A stretch of DNA of 64,000 bases, from positions 2,912,001 to 2,976,000 of the forward strand of contig OY970173.1 in the NCBI GenBank assembly GCA_963707635.1. Direction: 5' to 3'. The notes under the pieces are model-generated. The model did no database searches, was not told the origin of the DNA, and worked only from the letters and a program-made list of their open reading frames with translations. Below are positions 8,882 to 18,600 of this stretch, one piece after another. The position numbers and the translations under genes are program-made. Each line of letters opens with the position of its first letter. The first letter of the stretch is position 1. Origin of the DNA: Candidatus Latescibacterota bacterium. Lineage in GTDB: Bacteria > Krumholzibacteriota > Krumholzibacteriia > WVZY01 > JAKEHA01.

Positions 8882-9961
8882 ATGCCGGGCTCGCCTTCCA
8901 AACGCTGGCAGGTGGTCACACTCGTGGTGATCGGCGCCGCCACCGTATCGTTCCACTACGGCTTCTTGCTCCCTCGATCCATCGGGCATGGCAGCCTCGT
9001 CCACGTCATCCACGGGCGCCTGTGTTATGTGCCCATCATTCTGGCGGCGATCTGGTTCGGGGTACGAGGCGGACTCGCGCTTTCGCTCTCGATCACGGCG
9101 CTCACCCTGCCCTACCCGCGCCTGCGCGGGATTACCGACCACCACACGTTGATCGGCGAATACACCGAAATGGTGTTCTACGTGGCGATCGGCCTGATGA
9201 CCGGTGTCCTGATCGAACGCCAGTGGCGCGAGCGGGCGCGCGGCGAAGCCCTCCAGCGCGAGCTCGCGCGCCGCGAGCGCCTCTCGTCGCTCGGGCAGAT
9301 GGCCGCCGGCCTCGCGCACGAGATCAAGAATCCGCTCGGGTCCATCCAGGGCGCGGCCGAGATTCTGGGCGACGACGCGCCGGCCGATTCCCGCAGGCGG
9401 GAGCTGTTCGAGATCCTGCGCAAGGAATCGAAGCGGCTCGGGACCGTGGTCGACGACTTTCTCACCTTCGCGCGCCCGCGTCCGCTGTCGCTCTCTCCGC
9501 TCGACCTCGGTGCGGTGGCGGAGCGCGCCGCCGCGCAGATGAACATCGACGCCTCCGCGCGCGGCATCACCATCGAGCTCCAGCGCGCGCCCGACCTGCC
9601 CCGGGTGGCCGGCGACACCGAGCGGCTCCACCAGGTATTCTTGAATCTGCTCTTGAACGCGCTCGCCACCAGCGCGGACGGGGGCCGGGTGGTGGTGTCC
9701 TCGTTTCCCGCCGAGCGCGACGGCGCCGCGTGCGCCGCCGTGTCGGTGCGCGATTTTGGCTCCGGCATTGCGCCCGACGCACTCCCGCGCGTGTTCGACC
9801 CGTTCTTCACCACGCGGGAAAACGGGGTCGGCCTGGGCCTCTCGATATCGCACACCATTGTGCAGGAACACGGCGGCTGGATCGACGTCGACAGCGCGCC
9901 GGGTGCCGGCACCACGGTCACCGTCGTCCTCCCCGTCGATCGCACTCGCCATGGCGCATAG
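8882..9961 (+). CDS. Membrane sensor histidine kinase (NtrB/ZraS-like)
   Basis: Several TM helices, H-box LAHEIKNPL, N-box QVFLNLLLNA, DFGSGI, FDPFFTT, GVGLGL. Confidence 0.9.
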   Translation: MPGSPSKRWQVVTLVVIGAATVSFHYGFLLPRSIGHGSLVHVIHGRLCYVPIILAAIWFGVRGGLALSLSITALTLPYPRLRGITDHHTLIGEYTEMVFYVAIGLMTGVLIERQWRERARGEALQRELARRERLSSLGQMAAGLAHEIKNPLGSIQGAAEILGDDAPADSRRRELFEILRKESKRLGTVVDDFLTFARPRPLSLSPLDLGAVAERAAAQMNIDASARGITIELQRAPDLPRVAGDTERLHQVFLNLLLNALATSADGGRVVVSSFPAERDGAACAAVSVRDFGSGIAPDALPRVFDPFFTTRENGVGLGLSISHTIVQEHGGWIDVDSAPGAGTTVTVVLPVDRTRHGA

Positions 9962-11303
9962 TCGCATCCTGCTCGTGGATGACGACGAGAGCATCCGCAA
10001 GGTCCTCGGCTATATGCTCGAGGAGGCCGGCTACGCGGTCGAGTCCGCGCCGGGAGCCGACGCCGGGCTGCGACTCGCGGCCGAGCGGCGCCCCGACCTG
10101 GTCTTGAGCGACATCAAGATGCCGGGCAAGGACGGGCTCGAGCTGTTGCGCGAGCTCCGGGCTTTCGATCCGTCGATCCCGGTGATCATCCTCACCGCGT
10201 TCGGCACGGTGGGGACCGCCGTCGAGGCGATGAAGCACGGCGCGTCCGACTACCTCACCAAACCGATCGCGCGCGACGATCTATTGCTGACGGTGGCGAA
10301 GACGCTCAAGCTCCACCGCCTCGAGGCGGAAAACGAGGATCTGCGGGAGACGCTCCGCGACCGCTTCCGCTTCGAGAGCATGGTCGGGCTTTCGCCGGCG
10401 ATGACAGAGGTGTTCGCCACGCTGCGCAAGGTGGCGACCACCGAAGCCACCGTGCTAATTACCGGAGAGAGCGGGACGGGCAAAGAGCTCATCGCGCGCG
10501 CGATCCATTTCAACAGCCCGCGGCGCTCGCAGCGCATGGTCACGATCAACTGTGCCGCGATTCCGCACGACCTGCTCGAGAGCGAGCTGTTCGGTCACGT
10601 GCGCGGGTCGTTTACCGGCGCGATTCGTGACAAAGTCGGCAAGTTCGAACAGGCGCACGGCGGCACGCTCTTTCTCGACGAGATCGGGGCCACGCCGCTG
10701 GTGCTGCAGGTGAAGCTGCTGCGCGCCCTGCAGGAGCGGGAGGTCGAGCGGGTTGGCGGCGACGCGCCCATCCAGGTCGACGTGCGCATCGTCGCCGCCA
10801 CCAATCGGGCGCTGGCGACGCTGGTCGCCGCGGGCGAATTTCGCGAGGACCTCTTCTACCGGCTCAACGTCGTGCCGGTCCGGGTGCCGCCGCTGCGCGA
10901 GCGCGCGGGCGACCTCCCGCTCCTGGTCCGCCACTTCCTGGCGAAGTTCGCCGACGGCAAGGTCACCCTGACCCCGGAGGCGCTCGCGGCCCTCGAGCGT
11001 TATCGCTGGCCGGGGAACGTCCGCGAGCTGGAGAACTTCTGCGAGCGCATGGCGCTGATGCGCTCCCGCGACGTCATCGACGCCGCAGCCGTCGCCGCCG
11101 AGCTGGCGACGCTGGAGCGCGAGGCTCCGGCGGCGATCGGAGCCACCCTGCACGAAATCGAGCGCACCGCCATCGTCGAGGCGCTGCGCGCCAGCGGCTG
11201 GAATCGGTCCCGCGCCGCCCGCCGGCTCGGCGTCGCGCGCCACATCCTGCTCTACCGCATGAAGAAGTTCGACATTCGCGACGAGGGCGAGTCGGTGCGT
11301 TGA
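9951..11303 (+). CDS. Sigma54-dependent response regulator (NtrC/ZraR family; REC-AAA+-HTH)
   Basis: ILLVDDD...DIKMPG receiver; [32 protein letters not shown]-terminal Fis-type HTH. Confidence 0.95.
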   Translation: MAHSRILLVDDDESIRKVLGYMLEEAGYAVESAPGADAGLRLAAERRPDLVLSDIKMPGKDGLELLRELRAFDPSIPVIILTAFGTVGTAVEAMKHGASDYLTKPIARDDLLLTVAKTLKLHRLEAENEDLRETLRDRFRFESMVGLSPAMTEVFATLRKVATTEATVLITGESGTGKELIARAIHFNSPRRSQRMVTINCAAIPHDLLESELFGHVRGSFTGAIRDKVGKFEQAHGGTLFLDEIGATPLVLQVKLLRALQEREVERVGGDAPIQVDVRIVAATNRALATLVAAGEFREDLFYRLNVVPVRVPPLRERAGDLPLLVRHFLAKFADGKVTLTPEALAALERYRWPGNVRELENFCERMALMRSRDVIDAAAVAAELATLEREAPAAIGATLHEIERTAIVEALRASGWNRSRAARRLGVARHILLYRMKKFDIRDEGESVR

Positions 11304-11313
11304 GGGTGGTGGC

Positions 11314-11398
11314 GGGATGCACTCCCTCTACCGCCGTCCTCCCGCGCACAAAATTGAAATGCGCGGCTGCGGATTGGCGGTGCGAGGGAGTGCATCCC
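11314..11398. repeat. 85-nt long hairpin / REP-doublet-like inverted repeat
   Basis: Perfect 15-bp inverted repeat GGGATGCACTCCCTC (11314-11328) / GAGGGAGTGCATCCC (11384-11398), with further internal pairing (accgcc/ggcggt, ccgcgca/tgcgcgg). Confidence 0.7.
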
Positions 11399-11418
11399 AC
11401 CTTGAGGCAGAGCCCCTC

Positions 11419-11434
11419 TGGCAACCGCGGTGCG
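11419..11434 (+). promoter_or_regulatory. Possible sigma54 -24/-12 promoter
   Basis: TGGCAACCGCGGTGCG has GG-N10-GC spacing; 70 nt upstream of ATG 11504 and directly downstream of a sigma54 activator gene. Confidence 0.35.
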
Positions 11435-11503
11435 TTCGTGCTAACCTCCCCAACTTGCGCGCGCGGCAGCGTGCGTGATCGTGTTTCCAGCCAGGGAGTG
11501 AAC

Positions 11504-14437
11504 ATGCGGCGCGCAGCGATCATCGCGGCATCTCTTCTTGCGGGCGCCGTCCCCGTCCACGGCGCTGACTACTTCCAACAGTTCGTGCATACCACCATCC
11601 GGGTGACACTCGACACCGAGCGCAAGTGGATTTCGGGCACGGAATCCATTCTCTACGTCAATAACTCGCCGGACACGCTGCGCCAATTCTATCTGCACCT
11701 CTATCCCAACGCCTTTCGCGACAACGACACCGCGTTCATGAAGAACCGGAACCGCCAGTACAACTGGACGCTCCTGGGCCTCCCGGATGCGAACCGAAGC
11801 TGGCTCGACCTTTCCAACGCGCGCGTGGACGGGACGCCGGTGGACGTGCGCGTCGACGACACCATCGCGAGCATGGCGTTGCCGCGGCCGCTCGCCCCGG
11901 GCGACTCCATGCGGGTCGAGTTCGCGTTCGACGGGAAAGTGCGCCAGGCGTTCGACCGCGCCGGCTACCGCGGCGACCACTACGACTTCGCCCAGTGGTA
12001 CCCGAAGGTGGTCGTGTACGACGAGCGCGGGTTCCACCCCGACAAGTTCCAGGCCGGCGAGTTCTACGGCGAATTCGGGACCTTCGACGTCCACATCGAG
12101 CTGCCGCAGCGTTTCGTGGTGGTCGCGACCGGCGTCGTCGAGAGCGGCGACCCCGGATGGGACTACAACCCGCCGCACCGGAAGCGCGGCGCGAAGACGG
12201 GCGCCGGCAAGACGCCGCCCGCGTCGGGGAGCAAGACCATCCACTTCCACGCCGAGAAGGTGCACGACTTCGCGTGGTGCGCGGATCCGACCTACGTCGT
12301 CCAGGACACGCTCCTCGACGGCATCGAGATCCGAAGCGCGTATCGGCGCCGGAGCGCGTCGACCTGGGAGGACTCGACCCTCGCGCACGCGATCCGCGCC
12401 GTCACCTGGCTGAACCGTCGCGTCGGCAAGTACCCGTATCCGCACATCACCGTCGCCGAGATGTTGCGTATGGGCGGGATGGAATACCCGATGCTCGCGA
12501 TGGACGGCCGCGCGACCGAGGGGCTCGCCTTGCACGAGATCGGCCACATGTACTTCTACGGGATACTAGCCAACAACGAGCGCACGGAGGCGTGGCTCGA
12601 TGAAGGCTTCACCACCTTCCAGACCCGGTGGTATCAGGAGCGGCACTACGGCCCGTGGGGCGACACCAGCCGGCGGAACTGGTACCAGCGCATCACCCCG
12701 CAATACCGGCTGTGGGAAGAGTACCAGCGGGACATCGTGGACCTGCACCGCCGTGGTTACGGCGAGCGGGTGTCGTACCGGGCAGAGGACTACCTCCACT
12801 CGTACCGGGTGAACGTGTATCAGAAGGCGGCCCTCGTCGTCCGCGCGCTGCGCTTCGCCGCCGGCGACGACGCGTTCGACCAGATTCTGCACCGCTACTA
12901 CGATGAGTGGCAGTTCAAGCACGTGAACGAGGCGCGTTTCCGCGCGGTGTGCGAGGACGTCGCGAAGCGCGACCTGTCCCGCCAGTTCGAGCAGTGGCTG
13001 CACACCAAGAAGGCGGTCGACTACGCGCTGACGCGCGTGCACTCGACGCCGGCCGCGAACGGCGTGTCGACCGACGTGGAGATCCAGCGCATCGGCGAGC
13101 TGTACTGTCCGATCGAGGTCGCCTTCACCCTCCCCGACGGGCGCGTCGAGAAGCGCCGCTTCGACGCGCGCGATCGCACGATCCGCCAGAAGGTGGAGTT
13201 GCCGGCAAAGCCGGTCCGAACCCAGATCAACCCGGACAACGAGATCATGGATATCGATCCATCGAATAACGTGACGCCCCGCCAGCGCGACTTCCAGATC
13301 GACTGGCCCAACAACTACTACTATCCCGCCGACGCCTACCAGATCCGCCATCGTCCCGCGATCTGGTACAACGACGTGGACGGCGCGAAGGTCGGCTACC
13401 ATTTGTCCGGGAGTCTCCAGGGCTGGAAGCACCGCGCGAACCTCGGCGTCTACTACGGCGTCGAGAGCGGCGAAACGGATTTTTCAGCGTCGCTGGACGA
13501 GCCGCTGCGCCTGCTGGGGAGCAACGCGACCCTGCACGCCTCGGGCTACAAGATGGAGGGCCGCGCGGACTGGAAGCTCGACCTGCGCCTGACCCGACGG
13601 TCGCATCTGCTCGACCCGCCCACGCACGAGTTGTTGATCGGCTACGGATACCACGAATTGCGCGACCCGCGGTACCTGACCAGCCCGGAGATCTACGACA
13701 CGCTGCAGGCGGACTCCGGCCCGTACTTCGGCTACACCGTCGACCCCCAGCTCGACATCGCGTCGATTCGCTTCGAGGCGAATCTGACGATGGGAAACCA
13801 GTGGTTCGCGGGCGAATACGACTACGAGCGTTTCGCGGCGAGTCTCACCCTGCAGTCGCGACCGAGCGTCGTGAAGGTGGATGCGCGACTGCGGGGGTTC
13901 GCGGGGTTCGCGGGAGGCGGCACCGCCACCTCGCGGAAGTTCAACCTGGCGGGGGCGGGACCGCTGCGCGCCGAGGAGCGATTCTGGCTCCGCTCACCGG
14001 GCGCCGTGCCGGAGGGCCTGCACTATCTGGAGCCCGGCGACGGCAACCTGCGCGGATACGCGGCGGGGACGTTCGGCGTGAACCAGCTGATGGCGCTGAA
14101 CGCCGAACTGGGAGGTCCGCTCGCGCTCCCGGGAATCAAGAAACTGCAGAAGTGGATCGGAACCCCGTCGCTGTACGGGTTCTACGACGTGGGATGGATT
14201 TTCGACAGCGTGAACCCGATCTCGACGAGCGCGCGGGTCGGGGCGCTGGTGGACGGCGGAATCCTGGACGACGTGCTCCAGGACGCGGGACTCGGGATTC
14301 GCTCCGCGGTGGCGTGGCCGTTCTGGAACTTCACCTGGCGTTTCGACGTGCCATTCTATGTAACGAATCCGGAAGTCAACGCCGAGAGCGAAACCATCGA
14401 CTGGCGGTACCTCTTCAGTCTGACGGCGACGTTCTAG
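11504..14437 (+). CDS. Secreted M1-family zinc metallopeptidase with C-terminal putative outer-membrane beta-barrel region
   Basis: Signal peptide; GGMEYP, HEIGH-x18-E (WLDEGF), YQKA; C-terminal ~370 aa of amphipathic strands with NLRGY motif, ending YLFSLTATF. Confidence 0.85.
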   Translation: MRRAAIIAASLLAGAVPVHGADYFQQFVHTTIRVTLDTERKWISGTESILYVNNSPDTLRQFYLHLYPNAFRDNDTAFMKNRNRQYNWTLLGLPDANRSWLDLSNARVDGTPVDVRVDDTIASMALPRPLAPGDSMRVEFAFDGKVRQAFDRAGYRGDHYDFAQWYPKVVVYDERGFHPDKFQAGEFYGEFGTFDVHIELPQRFVVVATGVVESGDPGWDYNPPHRKRGAKTGAGKTPPASGSKTIHFHAEKVHDFAWCADPTYVVQDTLLDGIEIRSAYRRRSASTWEDSTLAHAIRAVTWLNRRVGKYPYPHITVAEMLRMGGMEYPMLAMDGRATEGLALHEIGHMYFYGILANNERTEAWLDEGFTTFQTRWYQERHYGPWGDTSRRNWYQRITPQYRLWEEYQRDIVDLHRRGYGERVSYRAEDYLHSYRVNVYQKAALVVRALRFAAGDDAFDQILHRYYDEWQFKHVNEARFRAVCEDVAKRDLSRQFEQWLHTKKAVDYALTRVHSTPAANGVSTDVEIQRIGELYCPIEVAFTLPDGRVEKRRFDARDRTIRQKVELPAKPVRTQINPDNEIMDIDPSNNVTPRQRDFQIDWPNNYYYPADAYQIRHRPAIWYNDVDGAKVGYHLSGSLQGWKHRANLGVYYGVESGETDFSASLDEPLRLLGSNATLHASGYKMEGRADWKLDLRLTRRSHLLDPPTHELLIGYGYHELRDPRYLTSPEIYDTLQADSGPYFGYTVDPQLDIASIRFEANLTMGNQWFAGEYDYERFAASLTLQSRPSVVKVDARLRGFAGFAGGGTATSRKFNLAGAGPLRAEERFWLRSPGAVPEGLHYLEPGDGNLRGYAAGTFGVNQLMALNAELGGPLALPGIKKLQKWIGTPSLYGFYDVGWIFDSVNPISTSARVGALVDGGILDDVLQDAGLGIRSAVAWPFWNFTWRFDVPFYVTNPEVNAESETIDWRYLFSLTATF

Positions 14438-14576
14438 TCAACGATACGGACCGAGCACGACCTGGTCGACGCGATTTCACGAGGCGCGCTTTCAACCATC
14501 GCGCGCGAAGTGCATGAGCGGAGAGCAGGTCGTGCTCGGGCCTCAGTGTTGGCCGAGACAGGACCCGCGGCGGTTG

Positions 14577-15677
14577 TTACGCCACCGACGCGATCACCGC
14601 GGCGGCGACCTCGTCGACCATCGCGTCGGTCATCTCGGCGTACATCGGCAGCGACACGATCTGCGCCACCACCTTCTCCGCCACCGGAAAGGCCCCCCGC
14701 TTCAGTCCCAGATGCGCATACGCCGGCTGCAGGTGCAACGGAACCGGGTAGTGGATGCCCGTCCCGATGCCGCGCCCTTTGAGCTGCGCGATCGTGCGGT
14801 CGCGATCCGGCACGCGGACCACGTAGAGGTGGTAGACATGCGTGCGACCGCTCGCGCAGCGAATCGGGGTCACGCGCGTGCCCGCGAGCGCCGTGTCGTA
14901 GCGCGCGGCGTGCTGGCGGCGCGACGCCGTCCATCGATCCAGGTGTTTCAACTTCACGTCGAGGATCGCCGCTTGAATCGCGTCCAGCCGGTAGTTCCAG
15001 CCTTCGTAGAGGTGGTGGTATTTCTCCTTGCTCCCGTGGTCGCCGAGCGCGCGCAGGTAGACGGCAGCTTCCGCGTCGTCGGTGGCAACGAGGCCGGCGT
15101 CGCCGGCGGCTCCGAGGTTCTTGCCCGGGTAGAAGCTGAAGGCGGTGGTGTCGCCCAGCGTCTTCACGCGATCGCCGTCGATCGCCGCGCCGTGCGACTG
15201 GGCCGCGTCCGCGACCACGCGCAGCCGGCGCCGGGTCGCGATCTCGCGGATCGCCGCCATGTCGGCGGGCTGGCCGTAGAGGTGCACCGGAACGATGGCC
15301 CGCGTGCGCGGCGTGATCGCCGCCTCGACCCGCTCGGGGTCGATCAATTGCGTCGCCTCGTCGACGTCGACGAGCACCGGGCGCGCGCCCGCGTGCGTGA
15401 TCGCTTCCGTCGTCGCGATGAAGGTGTTGCAGGCGGTGATGACTTCGTCGCCCCGCTTGACGCCGACGCCGAGCAATGCCAGGTGGAGCGCCGACGTCCC
15501 GCTGCACGTCCCGACCGCGTGGGCGGCGCCGGCATAGGCCGCGAAGTTCGATTCGAATCGGCGTAGCGCCTCGCCGCCGATGAAATGGCAGCTCTCGAGC
15601 ACGCCGAATACGGCGGCGTCGATTTCGGGCTTGATGGAGGCGTACTGCGCCTTCAGGTCGAGAAACGGGATCGGCAT
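14577..15677 (-). CDS. DegT/DnrJ/EryC1/StrS family sugar aminotransferase
   Basis: IPFLDLKAQY, SGTSAL, VHLYGQ, DAAQSHG, SFYPGKNLG (PLP Lys), IHYPVPLH. Confidence 0.95.
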   Translation of the reverse strand: MPIPFLDLKAQYASIKPEIDAAVFGVLESCHFIGGEALRRFESNFAAYAGAAHAVGTCSGTSALHLALLGVGVKRGDEVITACNTFIATTEAITHAGARPVLVDVDEATQLIDPERVEAAITPRTRAIVPVHLYGQPADMAAIREIATRRRLRVVADAAQSHGAAIDGDRVKTLGDTTAFSFYPGKNLGAAGDAGLVATDDAEAAVYLRALGDHGSKEKYHHLYEGWNYRLDAIQAAILDVKLKHLDRWTASRRQHAARYDTALAGTRVTPIRCASGRTHVYHLYVVRVPDRDRTIAQLKGRGIGTGIHYPVPLHLQPAYAHLGLKRGAFPVAEKVVAQIVSLPMYAEMTDAMVDEVAAAVIASVA

Positions 15678-15819
15678 GTGCAAGAACCTCGAGGGATTCA
15701 GGGTGTCTGCAATCGAGAGCGGGCTACGTCGCAGAAAAAACGCCGCTGGAGCTTGGGTCGCAATGCGCGTTCATGCTACCACAGCCGCGAGCGAACGGGC
15801 AATAGTGGCGCCGCGCCCG

Positions 15820-15849
15820 TTGACACCACGCGGCCGGCGTCCGTACACT
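15820..15849 (+). promoter_or_regulatory. Sigma70-like promoter
   Basis: TTGACA-N18-TACACT upstream of GGAGG and TTG 15890. Confidence 0.6.
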
Positions 15850-15889
15850 GCACGCGTCGCCCGCTGCCCGGGCGCGGAGGATCTCTCGC

Positions 15890-17059
15890 TTGACCCTTGA
15901 CCGCCGAACGCTCCTCGCGCTTTTCTCACTCGCGTTCGGGTTGCGCATCCTGTACGCGGCTCTGCTCGGTTCGTCGCCGGAGATGATGGCGATGCACGAG
16001 ACCTACGACTATCGAACCGCCGCCAAGATGGCGGCCGGGGTCAACTGGCTGACCACGCCGGTCTCGCCGTCGGCGCCCGGATACCGCGCCCTGCTCGCGG
16101 CCGCCTTCAAGCTGGTGGGAACGTCCTGGTGGACCGCCGTGATCCTGAATGCGCTGCTGGGGGCTGCCACCACCCTCTTCCTCTACCGCATCGGAGAGCA
16201 ACGGCTGGGCCGGCGGGTCGGCCTGGTGGCGGCGCTGTGGCTCGGCCTGTATGCAAACCAGATTTACTTCGCGAGCGTGGTGGGGCGCCACGTGCTGGTG
16301 ACGTTCCTGTTCGTGTGGTTCGTGCACTCGCTCGTCAAGCCGTTCCACCGCATGCGCAGCGCGGTGTGGTCCTCGATCCTCTACGTCGCGCTCACCTACA
16401 CCGAGCCCATGTTCCTCCTGCTCCTGCCGCTCATCCTGGCCTATCTGGTCGTGTGGGCGACCCACCACCGCGCCTTGAGCATCCAGTACGCGTTCCTGTT
16501 TCTGACGGCAGTGGTCTTGCTGAACATCCCGTGGACGGTTCGCAACTACATCGTTCGGCGCGACATCATGCTGATCAGCCTGGAGGCCAGCCAGTACACG
16601 GGTCCGATCGCGCGTCTCCTGCGTGACTCGCCGCCCGAGCCGCCGCTGGCTCCAGGGGCCGCCACCATCGAACGGCCCGGCTTCGGGTACGAGACCCGCG
16701 AATTCTGGCGCGTCGGGCGCTTCGCCGACGCACCCGGCGATCCGCAGCACGGCATCGCCCCCGAGCCCGCGTGGTCGTTTCGCCACAACGCCACCAGCGT
16801 GGTCAACTTCGGCGTGCTGTTGCCCCTGTTCGCGGTCGGGGTGGTGGTAGCGTGCAAACGCCGGCATCGCGCCGCGCTCGTCCTGACCGGGGCGATCGTG
16901 AGCTATGCGGTGCTGCGCGGGTTCTACGGGGCGGCAGAGCGCGCCCGGCTGCCGGTGGAGCCGCTCATCATCCTGGTCGCTTTCTACGGCGCGAAAGTAC
17001 TGCTCGACGCACGCCGCTCCGGCGGACAACCGGCCGCCGCCCCGGCTCCGGAGACTTAG
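15890..17059 (+). CDS. GT-C fold membrane glycosyltransferase (ArnT/PMT-like)
   Basis: Multi-TM; LRILY, PGY, PWTVRNY and RARLPVEP motifs typical of this group. Confidence 0.7.
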   Translation: MTLDRRTLLALFSLAFGLRILYAALLGSSPEMMAMHETYDYRTAAKMAAGVNWLTTPVSPSAPGYRALLAAAFKLVGTSWWTAVILNALLGAATTLFLYRIGEQRLGRRVGLVAALWLGLYANQIYFASVVGRHVLVTFLFVWFVHSLVKPFHRMRSAVWSSILYVALTYTEPMFLLLLPLILAYLVVWATHHRALSIQYAFLFLTAVVLLNIPWTVRNYIVRRDIMLISLEASQYTGPIARLLRDSPPEPPLAPGAATIERPGFGYETREFWRVGRFADAPGDPQHGIAPEPAWSFRHNATSVVNFGVLLPLFAVGVVVACKRRHRAALVLTGAIVSYAVLRGFYGAAERARLPVEPLIILVAFYGAKVLLDARRSGGQPAAAPAPET

Positions 17060-18600
17060 CGGGAGGCGCGGAGGTCGCGCCCCGTCATCTCGGCCGGCAG
17101 TTCGATCCCCAGATAATTGAGAATCGTGGGCGCGATGTCGCGCAGCGACCCGTCATCGATCAACGCGCCCCGATAATCCGCATCCACCAGGATGCAGGGA
17201 ACGGGATTGGTGGTGTGCGCGGTGTGGGGGCCGCCGGTGACGGGGTCGACCATCAGCTCGGCGTTGCCGTGGTCGGCGATGATGATCGCGACCTGACGGT
17301 CGAGGTCGAGAGCGGCGACCGCGCTGCCGACACACTCGTCCACGACCTCGCACGCCCGGATCGCCGCCGCGAGCACGCCGGTGTGGCCCACCATGTCGGG
17401 ATTTGCGAAATTGCAGACGATGTAGTCGTGCCGTCTCGCGCGGATTGCTTCCACCAGCACATCGCGCACCTGGTATGCGCTCATCTCGGGCTGGAGGTCG
17501 TAGGTCGCCACCCTGGGCGACGGAATCAGCCGGCGGGTCTCACCCGGAAATTCCTGTTCTTCGCCTCCGTTGAAGAAATAGGTGACGTGAGCGTACTTTT
17601 CGGTCTCGGCGAGCCGAAGCGTCGTCTTCCCCCGCGCCGCGGCGGTGTCCACCAGGATATTGGTGCGCAACTCGGGAGAAAACACGACCGGTCGATCGAT
17701 GGTATCGTCGTAGCGGCTCATGCACACGTAGTGCACGCGCGGATGCGCGACCCGTTCGAACGCCGGAAACGTCTCGTCGATGAAGGCGTGCGTGATCTGG
17801 CGCGCGCGGTCCGCGCGAAAGTTGTAGAACACCACCGAGTCGCCGTCGCGCACGAGCCCGCGCGGCGCGCCCGCGCCGTCCGCGATCACGACCGGTTCCA
17901 CGAATTCATCGGTGACCCCGGCCTGGTAGGAGCGGCGGACCGCCTCCCGGGCGGAGGCGGCGCGCAGGCCCTCGCCGCGCGTGAACAGGTCGTAGGCGCG
18001 GCGGGTTCGCTCCCAGCGTTTGTCGCGGTCCATCGCATAGTAGCGCCCCACGACGGTGGACACGGCGCCGAGCCCGATCGATTCCATGCGCGTCTCGAGC
18101 GCGGCCAGGTAGTTCTCCCCGCCGTCGGGAGCGGTGTCGCGTCCGTCGAGGATCGCGTGCACCCACAGCTCGCGCACGCCCCGGCGTTTGGCCATCTCGA
18201 TCAGCGCGTACAGGTGCTGCTGGTGGCTGTGCACGCCGCCGTCGGAGAGCAGCCCCATCAGGTGGAGCGCGCCGCGGTCGCGAACGCGGTCCATCGCCCC
18301 GGTCAGCGCCGCCATCCGCTCGAAGGAACCGTCGGCAATCGCGCGGTCGATGCGCACGATGTCCTGGTAGACCACGCGGCCGGCCCCGATGTTGAGATGA
18401 CCCACCTCGCTGTTGCCCATCTGTCCTTCCGGCAACCCCACCCACGGACCCGAGGCCTGGATCAGCGTGTGGGGATAGCGCTCCCACAGGCCATCCACGT
18501 TGGGCGTGCGCGCCTGCCGGACGGCGTTGGCCTCGACCTGGTCGCGCCAGCCCCAGCCGTCCATGATGATCAGCACGACCTGCTTCGAATGCGGTGTCAT
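17056..18600 (-). CDS. gpmI: 2,3-bisphosphoglycerate-independent phosphoglycerate mutase
   Basis: LIIMDGWG, GQMGNSEVGH, DGRDT, GRYYAMDRD, AETEKYAHVT, NPDMVGHTG, ADHGN. Confidence 0.97.
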   Translation of the reverse strand: MTPHSKQVVLIIMDGWGWRDQVEANAVRQARTPNVDGLWERYPHTLIQASGPWVGLPEGQMGNSEVGHLNIGAGRVVYQDIVRIDRAIADGSFERMAALTGAMDRVRDRGALHLMGLLSDGGVHSHQQHLYALIEMAKRRGVRELWVHAILDGRDTAPDGGENYLAALETRMESIGLGAVSTVVGRYYAMDRDKRWERTRRAYDLFTRGEGLRAASAREAVRRSYQAGVTDEFVEPVVIADGAGAPRGLVRDGDSVVFYNFRADRARQITHAFIDETFPAFERVAHPRVHYVCMSRYDDTIDRPVVFSPELRTNILVDTAAARGKTTLRLAETEKYAHVTYFFNGGEEQEFPGETRRLIPSPRVATYDLQPEMSAYQVRDVLVEAIRARRHDYIVCNFANPDMVGHTGVLAAAIRACEVVDECVGSAVAALDLDRQVAIIIADHGNAELMVDPVTGGPHTAHTTNPVPCILVDADYRGALIDDGSLRDIAPTILNYLGIELPAEMTGRDLRASR

